Assembly: GCA_009602725.1 (NCBI GenBank)
Contig: WELB01000002.1
Location: forward strand, 1,399,892-1,463,891
Direction: 5' to 3'
Origin: Spirogloea muscicola
Lineage: Eukaryota
Length of the DNA: 64,000 nucleotides
Positions 35,130 through 47,495 of the stretch are shown in pieces (the first letter of the stretch is position 1; each line of letters starts with the position of its first letter). Made by a program: the position numbers and the translations under genes. The notes below the pieces were generated by a model that had not been told where the DNA came from, made no database searches, and saw nothing but the letters and a program-made list of their open reading frames with translations.

Positions 35130-37851
35130 ATGGCGGCGCTGACGCGGGTCTGGCGCGGCCTGAGCGCCGCCGCGGCGGCGGGTGCTGCAGCGGCGGTGCC
35201 TGGCCGCGCGTGCTCAGGCTGGGCAGCCGCAAGGAGGCCCCCCTCGCGAGCAGGCGGCGGCTCCGCCAGCCTCGAGCTCTGGCGGTGGGCCCTTGACCAG
35301 GTCTGAGCCGTGGCGGCCACAGTCGTGCCTTAAGATGCGACGTAGAATCCTGGGCGGCCATGGCTCGCAGTCAGGGCGGCCATGGCGTGACGAGCCCCAA
35401 TGAGCGATTCCCACCATTGCACAGCGTATGACCATATCGCCCTGGGGCTGCAGGCGGCCGCTCGAGCCCCGCTTGCGCCGTCGCGCGGGACGGTGGCGGC
35501 TGCTGCTGTCGGGGCTCTGCAGGCGCGCGCCGTCGCCGTCGCCTTCCGCCGGCTGGCAACGGAGCTGCTGCCGGCTCACTGCACCCGGTTGGAGCATGTC
35601 TCGTCTCGACCCCTAACCATTGCCAGCAGGCCGCAAACGGCCCGTCTGTCATTGAAGCTTGGCGGCCGTGGTGACTGACCAAAGCTGGCTTGCCTGGCTG
35701 GCCTCCTGTGGGTCTCCTCCTCCGCGTCGCTTGCTGGCATGACTCTTATCGGCTGCCCAGCATGTTGGGTTTTGTGCGCAGGGCCGATGAGCTGCCTCGA
35801 CTGCAGCCGCTGACGTGCACGCCGCACTGCACCTAGCTGCGCCGTCGGCCCGAGCGAGCGGCCCAGTACAAGTGGCTCTGCGGCCGCTTGTGTTGGGGGG
35901 GGCGGCTGCGCAGCGGCAGGTGGCAGTGTGGCTCTTCGGCTGCACGGGCTGGGTGTTCAGCCTCGTGGTCCTTGGCGGCGTCACGCGCCTCACGCGCTCG
36001 GGCCTCTCCATGACGGACTGGCGGTTCCAGGGCACGCTGCCGCCCCTGACCACAAACGAGTGGGAGGCCGAGTTTGACAAATACAAGCAGTCCCCTGAAT
36101 ACCAAAGGTGACGCACATGGAACTCAGCAGCTCCTCAATACCAGCACAATACTGGGCCAGCTCCGTGCTCCACGCCAAAATCAGGGACCTGGCTGCGAAT
36201 TCATAGCTTCAGCACAGCACAAGTCAGGCTATGACTGATTACTGAAACCTGCGCCGTCACACTGTGGTTGGCTGTGGTAGGGTGAACCGGGGCATGAGCT
36301 TGGCAGACTTCAAATTCATCTACTGGATGGAGTATGCGCACCGCATGTGGGGCCGCGGCTTGGGGCTGGCCTTCGGCCTGCCATTCGCCTATTTTGCACT
36401 CCGGGGTTACATCTCGCGGCCGCTGGCGGCCCGCCTGGGCCTGCTCATGGCCATGGGCGCAGGCCAGGGCTTCGTCGGGTGGTGGATGGTCAAAAGTGGC
36501 CTGGAGGTCAGCCTTGCCCTTCAGCGATGAGATTTGGGAAGTTGCTTGAGCTCAAGTAGCGAAGCAGACCTGTTCAGAACGAGCTCACAGTGCGATGGTC
36601 GCAGTGAGCAAGTTAGTAATACCTAGTAAGTGTGACCTGTTGCAAGAATCGTGCAACTCTCCTCTTTGTTATGTACCTTGGGGTTCAAGATGAGCATGAG
36701 TATTAGCCTGCGACTGAGCCTTGTGTATGTGACATCTGGCGCAGGAACCTAAGAGTGAGCACGATACGCCGCGCGTGAGCCCTTACCGGCTGGCAGCGCA
36801 CCTTACCTCCGCTTTTGTCATTTACGCCGGCCTCCTCTGGACCTCGTTAAGCGTGGCTCTGCCGCAGCCCCTGGCGCAACAACCGCTGCACATCCTCTCG
36901 GCAGCAGCGGCCCGTAGGCTTGTCCACCCAGCTGCCATGCTGGTTGGTGTGACAGCCCTTTCTGGGGCGTTCGTGGCTGGCAATGACGCGGTCAGTAGCT
37001 GCCAGCCTCGTCAACTCCAACTCCGCCTCTTTTTGCTGTGCTGAGGCGCCATGACAGGAATGCCATCAATGAGAAGGTCACTTCCCCGAGCTTTTTGAGC
37101 AAGGCAATCGCTGAAAGCTGTGATCGTTCTGGCATACTGTGTCCAGGGCCACGCATTCAATACATTTCCAAAGATGGGCGATGTGTGGATTCCTGATGGC
37201 CTTTTTGAGTTGCAGCCGACTGTGCGCAACTTGTTTGAAAATACGGCTCTTGTGCAGGTGCCTCAAAGCCGGGCGCTTTTCCTGGCTTTACTCTTTGCAG
37301 GCAGATACTCTATGATGTGGGGTCAGATGCCTGGCGCCTGACTGCCTCCCTTTTGCTGGGTGGGAACAGCTCCAGCACCGGGTGCTCGCAGTCTCCACGC
37401 TTGCGGCGCTGACAGCAGTGTGGGCCTCGACGCGGAGACTGCCGCTGCACGGCTCGTCCCATGTGCTCCTGCACGTGATGCTTGGCACAGCTGCGCTACA
37501 GGTAAACTCATGCAGCACTCTGGCTTGTGCGCTGGGCCGCCCAAGTTGCTCTTGGGGTTCGGTTGGCGGAGGATAGAGGTTCCATGCCGAGTGCAAATAA
37601 AAGCAGGGGGCTCTGTATTGCAGGTGACGCTGGGCGTGTCAACGCTGCTCCTGCACGTCCCAATCTCGTTGGGGGCTGCACACCAGGCGGGGGCACTGTC
37701 GCTGTTCACGGCCGTGCTGGCGCTGCTCCATACACTCAGGGTCAGGAAAAGTGCCGCCGCAGCTGCGACACCTGCCCGGCTGGCGGTGCAGCACTTCAGC
37801 GCCGCCGCGGCTGGGCCACGGATGGCGCCTGCGGCAATGGGCTCAAGATAA
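35130..37851 (+). CDS. COX15: Heme A synthase / cytochrome c oxidase assembly protein
   Basis: LGGVTRLTRSGLSMTDW, FKFIYWMEYAHRMWGR, GWWMVKSGL, VSPYRLAAHL, GAFVAGNDA/GHAFNTFPKMG, HQAGAL; mitochondrial-like presequence. Confidence 0.96.
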
Positions 37852-38034
37852 CATTACATCTGTATACATGTTTCGAGCTGGCAAAGCTTCTAGTCAGGCT
37901 TCTTGATGAGGTCACATTCATCCCCTAAAGGTATTCATCCAGGGTTGGGGCTATTAAGTGATATCTTAGCTTGTGGCATATTGCCACTGTGTTTGCGTTT
38001 TATGTGGTTGCGCATTATGCTGTATTCATGTACA

Positions 38035-38328
38035 ATGGACTGTCACAATGGCCACTCTCCAGCATCAGCTGCTGCTCTTGTTCTCTTATTGGCGATTACG
38101 GCGGCTCTCGAGTACCATGCTAGCAGCCACATCTCACTGGCAATTTCTGGTCGGGGGAGCCCAGATATTCTGCTAACAAGAAGGCGGTTGCTATGGGATA
38201 AGGGGGGCTGCAAGCCAGTCAAGTGGCATGCAGATGAGAGGTGTGCTCCCAAAGACGGTGGCCCCAGGGTTGGCGGTGCATCCCCAAGTGCAATAGGGCG
38301 TCGGTTCTTGAAGCCGGCCAGCCGGTAG
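38035..38328 (+). CDS. Candidate small secreted pre-pro-peptide (97 aa)
   Basis: Hydrophobic stretch ASAAALVLLLAITAAL, then RRRLL, a two-Cys segment WDKGGCKPVKWHADERCAPK, and a second GRRFL site. Single exon, no homology recognised. Confidence 0.35.
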   Translation: MDCHNGHSPASAAALVLLLAITAALEYHASSHISLAISGRGSPDILLTRRRLLWDKGGCKPVKWHADERCAPKDGGPRVGGASPSAIGRRFLKPASR

Positions 38329-38399
38329 CCCCAACTCCAAACGGCCTAAGTAGGCAGCGGGACGCGATCCGAGTGGAGTTGTAGTGGCGGCTCTTGAAA

Positions 38400-40215
38400 G
38401 TCACATGGACAAGTGGGAAAAGCGGCTACCGAAGGAGGCTCTTAGTTTACAGCGTTTCCAGGCTCTAGCCATACATCTGCTTGCTAGGCACGCAATGAGC
38501 CTGGCCACTGGCTTTTGGGGTGGTGCTCCAGCGGCCCAGATTAGTCTGGCAGATATGTATGTGCTCACTCGTGGTTACTATAGTCCCCATTCAATTCATT
38601 TGTAAGGCTAGAATTGGCCTCCCTTTCAATTTCATGCGCACCGCGCGCCTTCTCCCTTCAATGCAGTTGTATAAGTAGTTCCCTTACTTGCCGTAGCCCC
38701 TCTTTGATTTTCCTCTGTTCTTCGTACAAGCAGTGTAGTGGCTTGCTTCAGCTCCCTCGGCCCCCTCGGCTTCCATGCGCACCGCGCGCCTTCGCTGCAG
38801 ACGGGCTGCCTCGTCTGGCGCCAAGGCCAGAAGGCGGGAGAAGCGGCGGAGGGACCGTCTCGTCTGGCTCCTATTGCTTGCGGGGTACCCTGTCCGCCCT
38901 TTGGTCTGCCCGTTCCACTGGTTCGGATCTGAGGCTCCTCACTCGTAACTATTGAGTGATCCATCCTCCCCCTGTTCTGACAGCATCTTCCGACCCCTTT
39001 ATAGCTGATGAGTTCCCTTGGCTGTGACGTACACGGGGCTCTCGGGTCCCAGTGCTGGCCAGGCTTGCGCGGCGGGCTGTGTCCCGTAGGCGCGGCGAGC
39101 CGGCTGACTTCAACGCCGCAGGCTCCTGGGCCCAGGTCTACCGTATGAGACTGTCTGTATCCCTTCAGCGGTCCATGGCCCACGCTCTGCATCTGCGTGC
39201 TGGCCGTGCTCTCGCTGCGGCCTCTGGCTTTCGTCAGGAGAAGAAGTGGCACTCCAAATGGGGGCAAGGGCTGCGAAAAGCCAGCCCAAAAAGAATTCAC
39301 AAAGGTTCAGAGGGGCCTAAGAGCGTCAGGGGGATAGTTTTCCGGCAGCTAGTCTGTCGGATCTGAGGCTCCTCACTCGTAACTACTGAGTGATCCATCC
39401 TCCCCCTGCTCTACCATAGCATCTTCCGACCCCTTTGTAGCTGCTCAGTGCTTTTTCGGCCCCTTCGAACCTTTGTCATTTTTTTTGGGCTGGCTTTTTG
39501 CAGCCCTTGCCCCCATTGGGAGTGCCACTTCTTTGTCTTTAAATAGCATATAGCGTATTATGTAGCATTGTTTAGTCTGCACTCGACTCTGCCTGAACAA
39601 TGTATTGGCTTGAATTGGCCTCCCTTTCAATTCATGCGCCCCGCGCGCCTTCTCTTTATAGCTGCTACACGTTTGCAGGCCCCTCCGAACCTTTGTCAAT
39701 TCTTTCTGGGCTGGCTTTGCTGGCCCCCTTTCTCTATGGGCGCGCTCTTTCTTCGTTCGCAGCCCTTGCCCCCATTGGGAGTGCCACTTCTTCTTCTTCT
39801 TATTGCTGACACAGGGATACTGAAGAGCGCCCTTTTGACGAATGGGCGAGCCCTTTCTTTTGACGAGCACGTCTTCTTTTCGCGTTCGCCTAGCCTGTGG
39901 CTCCGCTAAATTGGGTATAAATACCCTCCTCTGTATGCACCTGGCTGGCTTTAACAGCCGCTCTTTCGTATCAGCAGCCGCAGTCTCTCGTCTGGCGCCA
40001 CCACCAGAAGGCCACCACCAGACGCGCTAAGCCAAGACCAGGTGCAGAAGGAAGGAATGCGTGTATATTAAGAGATGGGGAGGCCATGTGTGGCCAAGTA
40101 CAAAGGCAAGCACATTGGACAAATGTACGTCACCTGCTGCTAAGCTGACCCGCTCAGTAACCACGAGTCAGCACATAGAGGTCGCTAGCTGACGCTCGAA
40201 TACCGGACGGCAATT
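38400..40215. mobile_element. Second large nested cluster of RLE retroelement 3' ends upstream of the LMBR1 gene
   Basis: A-variant ORF end ...ISLADMYVLTRGY 38430-38655; B pieces 38920-39007, 39008-39535, 39654-39800; A 39555-39653; C tips; F UTR ~39890-39985; E (-) 40055-40215 reading ...ASDLYVLTRGY*. Confidence 0.9.
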
Positions 40216-40417
40216 GACTAGCTCTTGGAAGGAGCCGCACAGTTCGCCCCTCTCCCCGCCCCCACTCTTCCCGTGGCGATCCCGGCGATGGACGCCGCGA
40301 GTGGCGCCCGCGCCCGCCGCCGCCGCCGCCGCCTGCGCCGCCACTTCCCGCGCCGCCAGGCCCGCGGCGACCGCTGAGCGCCTCCGAGGCCCGCCCCCCG
40401 CGGCCCGGCCCGGCGCC

Positions 40418-43400
40418 ATGTGGGCCTTCTACGCACTCGCGCTGCCCGTGACGCTGGCGATGGTGGTGCTGACGCTGCACCACTTCGCTTCCCCGCGCGT
40501 CTCCCCGCACGTCCGCCTCATCGTCGCCTTCACGTGGTTCATCAACCTCTCCATCGTTGTCCTCGTCCCCGTCGACGTTTGGAAGGTGCGGCAGGCCCCT
40601 CCCCACGCTGTCCCTTGTCGCCAATTCAGGAGATCTCACTCTGCGCTCTCGAGCAGCCCTCGGAATGGATCTCGTTAACTGCCAAGGGCCCGCGTCGTTA
40701 GAGTCCGCGCGTTACCACTTCCTCCTCCTCCGGGCGTGGCTGGTATACGTGCAATTGGCATCGGCAGCCTTTCCCGCCTCTTCCTGCTGTTCGTCCTGGT
40801 TTGCCACTGGCTCCTGCCTCTGATCTCCTGTTCTGCCAGCGGTGCCGACGACGTACGAGTCTGATGAGCTCCGATGCGCCTGGATGCTGCGGCTCGAAGT
40901 GCATGCGAGGACTCTGCATGATTAGGTGGCCTGGCGCTTGCTGCAGACGATGTCCGGGCTCAAGAGCGGAGCGATCAGCGTCATGTGGGGCCTTTCCTAC
41001 TGGAGCGCTTTCTTCTTGACCTGGTATGCTCACATGCCTTGCTTTCGTATCATTTACAGCTAGGTCACCCCAATTCACGCTAGAAGTTGCCAGTATGTTC
41101 GTGTGTGTTAGGCAATCATGCTGAAGTGACTGTGGACATACAGTCACTTCATTTAAGCCTCTTGATCAACTTGCAAGCACTGGCAGCCGCTTATGCCTTT
41201 CCTTGAAATTTTCCGAAGTCAAGCTTTGCACTGATTGTGTACTAAATGTAAGGACTTCACTAGATAAGAGGGTGTTGGCAGCACAGGTAGTCAGCAGCAG
41301 GCATTGTGAGCTAGCGTTGTGAAGGTTATTCAATTTGTTGATAGCTTGAGGTTGGGTAGGGTTGCCAATTAGGTTCCAGCTGTTATCTATAATAATTAGT
41401 CATTGTGTGGCTGTTCATGGCAGGTTGATCATACCTCTACTACAAGGCTATGAAGATGCTGGGGACTTCACGCACAAGGAGAGGCTCAAGACAAGCATAC
41501 GCAGCAATCTCATCCTCTATGCAAGCGTTGGTCTTGTAGCCATTACTGGGGTCACTCTCTTAATTGTGACACACGAGATAGACTGGTTAGTACCCAGCCT
41601 CATTGCTCGTCTCCAATTCCAGATTGTTTTGTTGACTCTCTTTGACAAAGTGGAGGAAGTGAAGGCTGCATCAAATTACTCTCTCCAGTAGGAGCAGCTG
41701 TGCAGAGCAGCGACATGAATCTTTTGGCATAAACCCACCACTCTTTAAGCCTGTAAGATTTTTGTAGATCTACCTGTGATTAAATGAATGAGCTCTCACA
41801 TGTCCAAGTCTCTCAACCAATACGGGCCATTCCTTGCGTGCAACTATGATGCAGGAGTGGGCTTGTGAGTCTCGCAATTCAAGGCTCAAACACCTTTGGG
41901 TTAGTCACTGGTGCGTTTCTCCTTGGTTTTGGCCTTGTGGACCTTCCAAGGGGCTTGTGGACGCATGCCGATCTGGCAGCAAGACAGATGTGGCTCTCAC
42001 ACAAGGTGGCCAAGGTAGCTCAGAAGCTCGATAATGCCCACCAGGAACTATCAACAGTCCTTGTGGTAAGTGATAGCTCACACGAGACTCATGTTCTGCG
42101 TCAGAGTCATCTTTGACCGAGCACTGAATTCCTTACAATGGCTACTTTCTAGGCCGAACATATCCTGGTTGAAAGCAGAACAGACCCAGTGGCTTGAAGG
42201 TGTTGTGTCATTTGATCTGCTGTTGACTTTTGAGAGGGCATCTGCTATCCAAGTGATCTACCTATCTGATTGCATGAAGTCCAAGATGAGGCTTGTGCAG
42301 ATTGCACAAGCGACATCTACTCAAATGTCTCGACGTGATCTTCTGCGACCCATGATGGACATCATTGATGAGATGGTACGCTTGGGCCAGTGAAGCAAAC
42401 AATCACCTCTTATATAGCAGATAGCATACTTCAACTTCAGGCTGCTGTGTCAATCAATCTGGAGCAATGCTGGTAAGTGCGTTAAGCAGTGCAATCTGAA
42501 GCAACGAGAGCATGCTCTGAATGCTTTCAGGCAGCTGAAGACACCACCTTCAAGCCATCTGGTGGTCGGATGGGCGAGAGCGACATGGACTACGATGCAG
42601 ATGAGAAAAGTATGGCCGATCTCAGACGGCGACTACGAAGGGCGCAAGACATGTACTACCGATACAAGACGTAAGACAAGCACTATCTTCTACTTGGCAT
42701 CGTATAAATTGGACATTCATAAGGGTATGCAATCAAGGACCAACTTGCAAATTCTGCTGTGCATCTACATTAGTGCCATGCTTTTGTCCTTCACCTCTCA
42801 CTCACAACGGCATGTCCGCAGTGAGTATGCAACAGTGGTGTGGAAGGCTCTGGAAGTGGAAGAGACCATCAAAAATTTTGAGCACGGAAAAGGAACATGG
42901 TGGGTGTGTCATGTTTATAGAGAGGCCAAACTGTTCCAAGAAAAACTGAGCCAAGGCTAGCTTGCTTATGTGATCAATGAGTCTGACTTCTTATCATGGT
43001 ATCATCAGGCTGCTGCTGCTGTTTTGCAGCTTGCTGTGCAACATCCACTTTACTATGCCACACAGAGAGAAGTCTCTATGCTTGCTGAGATGATGGGCAT
43101 TTTCACTGCAGGAAGTTTGTCTCTCCCTTCCGCGACGAAAGAAAAGGACGCCTGGGCACCTTCTTGGATGTGGCAGGTCCGTCCCTCTGAAGAGCTTAAT
43201 TTGCCCTTACACCTATCCTTTTTGCTACCCTGGCCAGTTATCAGGCCGATACCTTTCTCATGAGTGAGAGTGGGGACTGAGGATGCCTATGCCTTGAGGG
43301 TGGTGCAGAGTGGTGGTGGCGGTGCATATTTAAGCAGCAAATAGTGCGAGCTTGCGCCATCGTGCTGGGTTTCATGTCCTTTGCTGTCATCTTCGCGGAG

Positions 43401-45604
43401 GCCACCATTCTTGCTGGCAGCACCCACGTCATCGACCTCTCCCTCTTCTCCATCCTCATCAAGGCAGCGGGTGGGCAGGAGGAGCTTGTACAGGTACCAA
43501 AGCTTGCACTCATTGCAAGTGCAGGGTTTGAGACTGGGGTGCAGGGTTTGGGGTTTCTTTGTAGGGATCTCTTACTCCTGTAAAGCAGAGTAGTGTTGAT
43601 GTTCTTGACAGCATGCTGGCAACAAGCTGATATTGTCACCTCTCTGTGTGAATGTGTACAGCTGCTCACCTTTTTACCATTAGTGTACATTTGCGTTTGC
43701 ACCTACTACTCCATTTTCAAATTGGGGATGTTCACATTCTATTACCTGGTGCCTGGCCACACTGACTCTGTCAGTCTCCTTCTCAATTGCTCGTGAGTTG
43801 TCTAACCCTGGTTGCCGCGGCCACCCGTGCTGCCAATGGACTTAGGACAAATGCGAAGGGTCATTCATTTGAGCAAGCTTTTGAAGCGTCCTAGGAGGTG
43901 CTGCCTTTTCAGGGGACTGAGGTGCCATGTGCCGAGGCTTGTGAAATTTTCTGTTCTACAAGACTGTCTGGACAATCACTTGCACTGATAGAGGACCTCC
44001 GCTAGGTGATGCAGGATGGTGTCCCGCTTTGCAGCTCCAATGTGTTACAATTTCCTCAACCTGATTCATTTGAGCCGGGAGACAACCTTTGAGAAGGTGG
44101 GTGCTGTGGCTTGAAACTGTTCTTCTGCTTGTTGCTGTTGGGAAGCCAGCCGAATCCTTGAATGCTTGACCATCTTACTACCACGCAGCGCTCGTGTGCA
44201 GTCCTGCATTGCTGCAATTCTGACACCACTTCGTGTGGCTCTATATTTGAAACCTCTTGCAGCGGATGGGCCCGACAAACGGCCTTCCTTTTCTTGGTGG
44301 TCAGTTCAATACAATTTTCCCACTGATTATGGTGGTCTACACCATCCTGGTGGCCAGCAACGTCTTCAACTACATCGTTGACAAGATTAGCGGCTGGTTC
44401 AGCAGCTGGCACAAGCTTCGATTCGAGCTTGAGGATGAAGGCGTGCAGGATGGATTCAATGCCACCGGCCTCCTCATCCTGCAGCGAGGTGCGACATACT
44501 GCACTTTAGCTGTTCAGCTCAAACAGGCCCCGCCGCATGCAGAAGCTCGATGTTGCGGAGGTTCACACAATTGAGTTGTGGCGAGGTGCAATGGTCGCCT
44601 TGCAGAGCGTTCTAGCCTGGAGCGCGGCGCAGAGATTGGAGAGCACGTGGTGCCTCTGGCAAGGCACTTTGGTTCAGATTTCGATCTGGAGAACCCCACT
44701 GCTGCCTCTCCTAAGGTATGCATTATGTGAATGATTATTCTGGCATCCCACATCCAATTCCAAGTAAGACATGCGCGTCAAACATTGCATTACGCCGTAC
44801 TAGCTGGGGGTTTATCATGACGACTGATCAGTTGCCCTCACCGTGATGCTCATATGTGGACAGGCTAGCAAGACCCAGGCAAGCAAAGGAGAGAAGGAGG
44901 CCTTGAATGGGTCTGCATCTCACAAGGGAATGTTTGGCAGGGAAGTCGTGACTAGTATCTATTCATCGCTGACGGAGCAGGAGAAGCCGACCTCGAACCG
45001 CAATGCTATCGCAGCCAAGTACAGGGACGCATCTCGGAAAGCTCCGCTGAGCCACAAGCAGGATGCCCCTAATAGTGCCTCAAAGAGGGCGTTTGATGCC
45101 GCCGATGACCCGTTCAGGGACAATTTGGGCAGGCCTCGAGGGCCAGCACTTGACCCTCGGCGTGCAGTCACGCCCCCGCGGTTGGACCCCTTCCAGAGCT
45201 CGACGACGGAGGCGGAGTTCATGAATGGACACAGTGGGGCTTCTGCAGGATTACCAGCAGCTGCTCCAACAGGTGGAGGAATGCCGCGGAGCACTGCATC
45301 TCCTCCCACGGCTTCGGAAGGGGGTCTTGAATCACGTTGGGATGCCATGAAGTCCAGATTTAAGGACTTCACAAGCAGGGTCGCGTCAGGCAAGGGCTTT
45401 CGGGCGCCGGGCCTGGCAGCTGACGATGTGGACCCTCAGACTGGGGAGCGTGCCAGCGCCTCAGCGGCTGCCACCTTGGACAGCATTTTCGAAGGCCTGG
45501 GCAGGACAAAACGAGCCGACGCTGAGGAGGCAGCCGACCAGGGCGAGCACAGCCACAGCTTGCTTGGCTACCAGCCCCGCTCCATTGATGCGCACCGCCG
45601 ATAG
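40418..45604 (+). CDS. LMBRD2: LMBR1 domain-containing protein 2 homologue
   Basis: MWAFYALALP..LVPVDVW, SYWSAFFLTW/LIIPLLQGYEDAGDFT, SNTFGLVTGAFLLGFGLVDLPR, CTYYSIFKL, RFAAPMCYNFL, FNTIFPLIMVVY. Confidence 0.95.
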
Positions 45605-46032
45605 CACGTGCGCTGGTGCTGTTCAGATTGATCCTTTACATATTCTTCATTGGGCCTATTTTGTTGCACAACAGAATTGGCTCTGATGCGTCACCAAGTG
45701 CGAGCTTGCAGCACTACCTGGCAGGACGCGTGCTCCTGTCGCAATAAGCAAGAAGCGCTAAATGCCGCAAGCACAAGGCAGGGGAGCAGAATGTGCTGAG
45801 AAGGTGGCCATGGGCAAATAAGAGCTAGGTGACATATAGCTATGGTCTTCATCGTCGCCCTCAAGGTTCAAAGTACAAGTCCACGAGTAGAAGTGAAGCT
45901 GACAGTGGCAGAGGCAGGTAAGGGCTTCAGTGGACATTGCATTGGGCAGCCAAACAAAGAGGGGGCTCTGAAAGCAGGGACAGCATCACTGGCAGTGATA
46001 GAACAAGCATGCACCGGCTGGCAACGCCCTCC

Positions 46033-46993
46033 TTAGTACATCGTTTCCAGCTCTGCCAGCACATTATGCAGGATGCCAATGAGCTCGTCTCGTGCCCCCC
46101 ACATGGCGATTTTGAGCCGGTCGTGCGCCTGGCCCTCGCCTGTGACCTTGACCTCGTACACATAGTCAAGGAGCTCGTTGTCGTTGGCAAACTCGGCGAG
46201 CTTGATCTCCCCCTTCACGTCCTCGCGATCGCCCGACTCCGCGTGCAGCACTGGCGCACTCCAGCTGAGTGTAAGCGTCAAGTCGTACATCACAAAGCGC
46301 TTGTTGCCCTTGCGAGTGTTGACCACAACCTGCACCAACGAAAAGGTGGCGAGCACCATCAGCGGTGACTTCTTGCTCAGACGTGCAATCTACGGCGGCG
46401 GCGAGTGGGGTCGCGGCTGCGCCTCGTCGTCGGCATCGGCCAACCATCACACGGCCAGGTCCTTCTGCCGGTGAGCCTCCCTAAGCAATGGAATTGGCTG
46501 TCGCCAAGAGAAAATAGCAGTTGGTGAAGGCCCCGGCTCTGTTACATGACAGCTGGTCGAGCGCGGTAGCCAAGGCCAATGACTGCAGCCTCTAAAGATG
46601 CGGCAGCCGAGGCAGGCCAACGCCGCTGAATTGGGGTTGACACATGAAGTCCCACCTCGCCGTCCATGTCAACAAGGTCGTCGACGATTGCGACGCAGTG
46701 GAGGTCGTCGACGAACACCGAGACCCCTTTCACCATGTGCTGGATACGATTCCGCGTCCAATTGGTGTAATTCTTCTCGGTCCTGCCGGCCGGTTGAGGT
46801 TCCAATTAAGACGGTGCACCAAAGGCCAGACTGACTGGCATCAATGCCCGGTGCCGGGACAGCCGGGTCCCCAGCCCTTGCCGTGGCGCGGAGAAAGGCA
46901 TATGGGCGCGCACCAGTGCCATCCGTTGACGTTGCAGCCGTCGTCGCGGTCCTCGACGAGCCAGCGGGGGTCGCCTTCGCCCCACTTGGCCAT
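46033..46993 (-). CDS. Activator of Hsp90 ATPase, N-terminal-domain-only protein (Aha1_N / Hch1-like)
   Basis: MAKWGEGDPRWLVEDRDDGCNVNGWHW / TEKNYTNW / VVVNTRKGNKRFVMYDL; stop at 46033 with no START-like C-terminal domain. Confidence 0.9.
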
Positions 46994-47495
46994 CGCCAAC
47001 AACGCCGCCCCCCCCCCCTTGAGGGGGGGGGAGGGGTTTGGTGCGGCGTTGCCCTCGGAGCCCTAGAACCCCCGGCCGCGGCCCCGCCGCCGCAGCCCGC
47101 ACCTCGATCGCCGGCGGGAGTCGCGCCGCAATCCGCGGCGGGAGTGGCGCCGCGGGGCGCGGCAGGCGGCGCGCGGGCGGCGCGGGCACCTGGAGGCTTC
47201 TGGACTGGGGGCTAACGAGCTGGAGGGCACTTGCCGGTGATTACCGGTGCTAACCGGGTAACCGGTGAACCCTCTGGTAATTCTGATCTGCACTTGCTGT
47301 CTAGAGATTTTTGTTGCAGCCATTGCCTTACTTGCAGCAATTAACTTACACAGGAGGTGCTGTTTCTCTCTTAACCGGGTTGCGCGCAGCGGCAGGCCCC
47401 ACCCGGGCCCAGGGTGACGGCCCAAGGCGGTGACGGCGACGTAAACGGNCGCGTGCGCGGCCGCGGCGCGCCGTGCGGCGGGGCATGAGGCGGCG

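Noticed and set aside
40861..40900. CTGATGAG hammerhead-like core (also at 39005)
   Set aside because: No GAAA after a stem II and no closing helices; the 39005 copy is a TSD/ORF junction.
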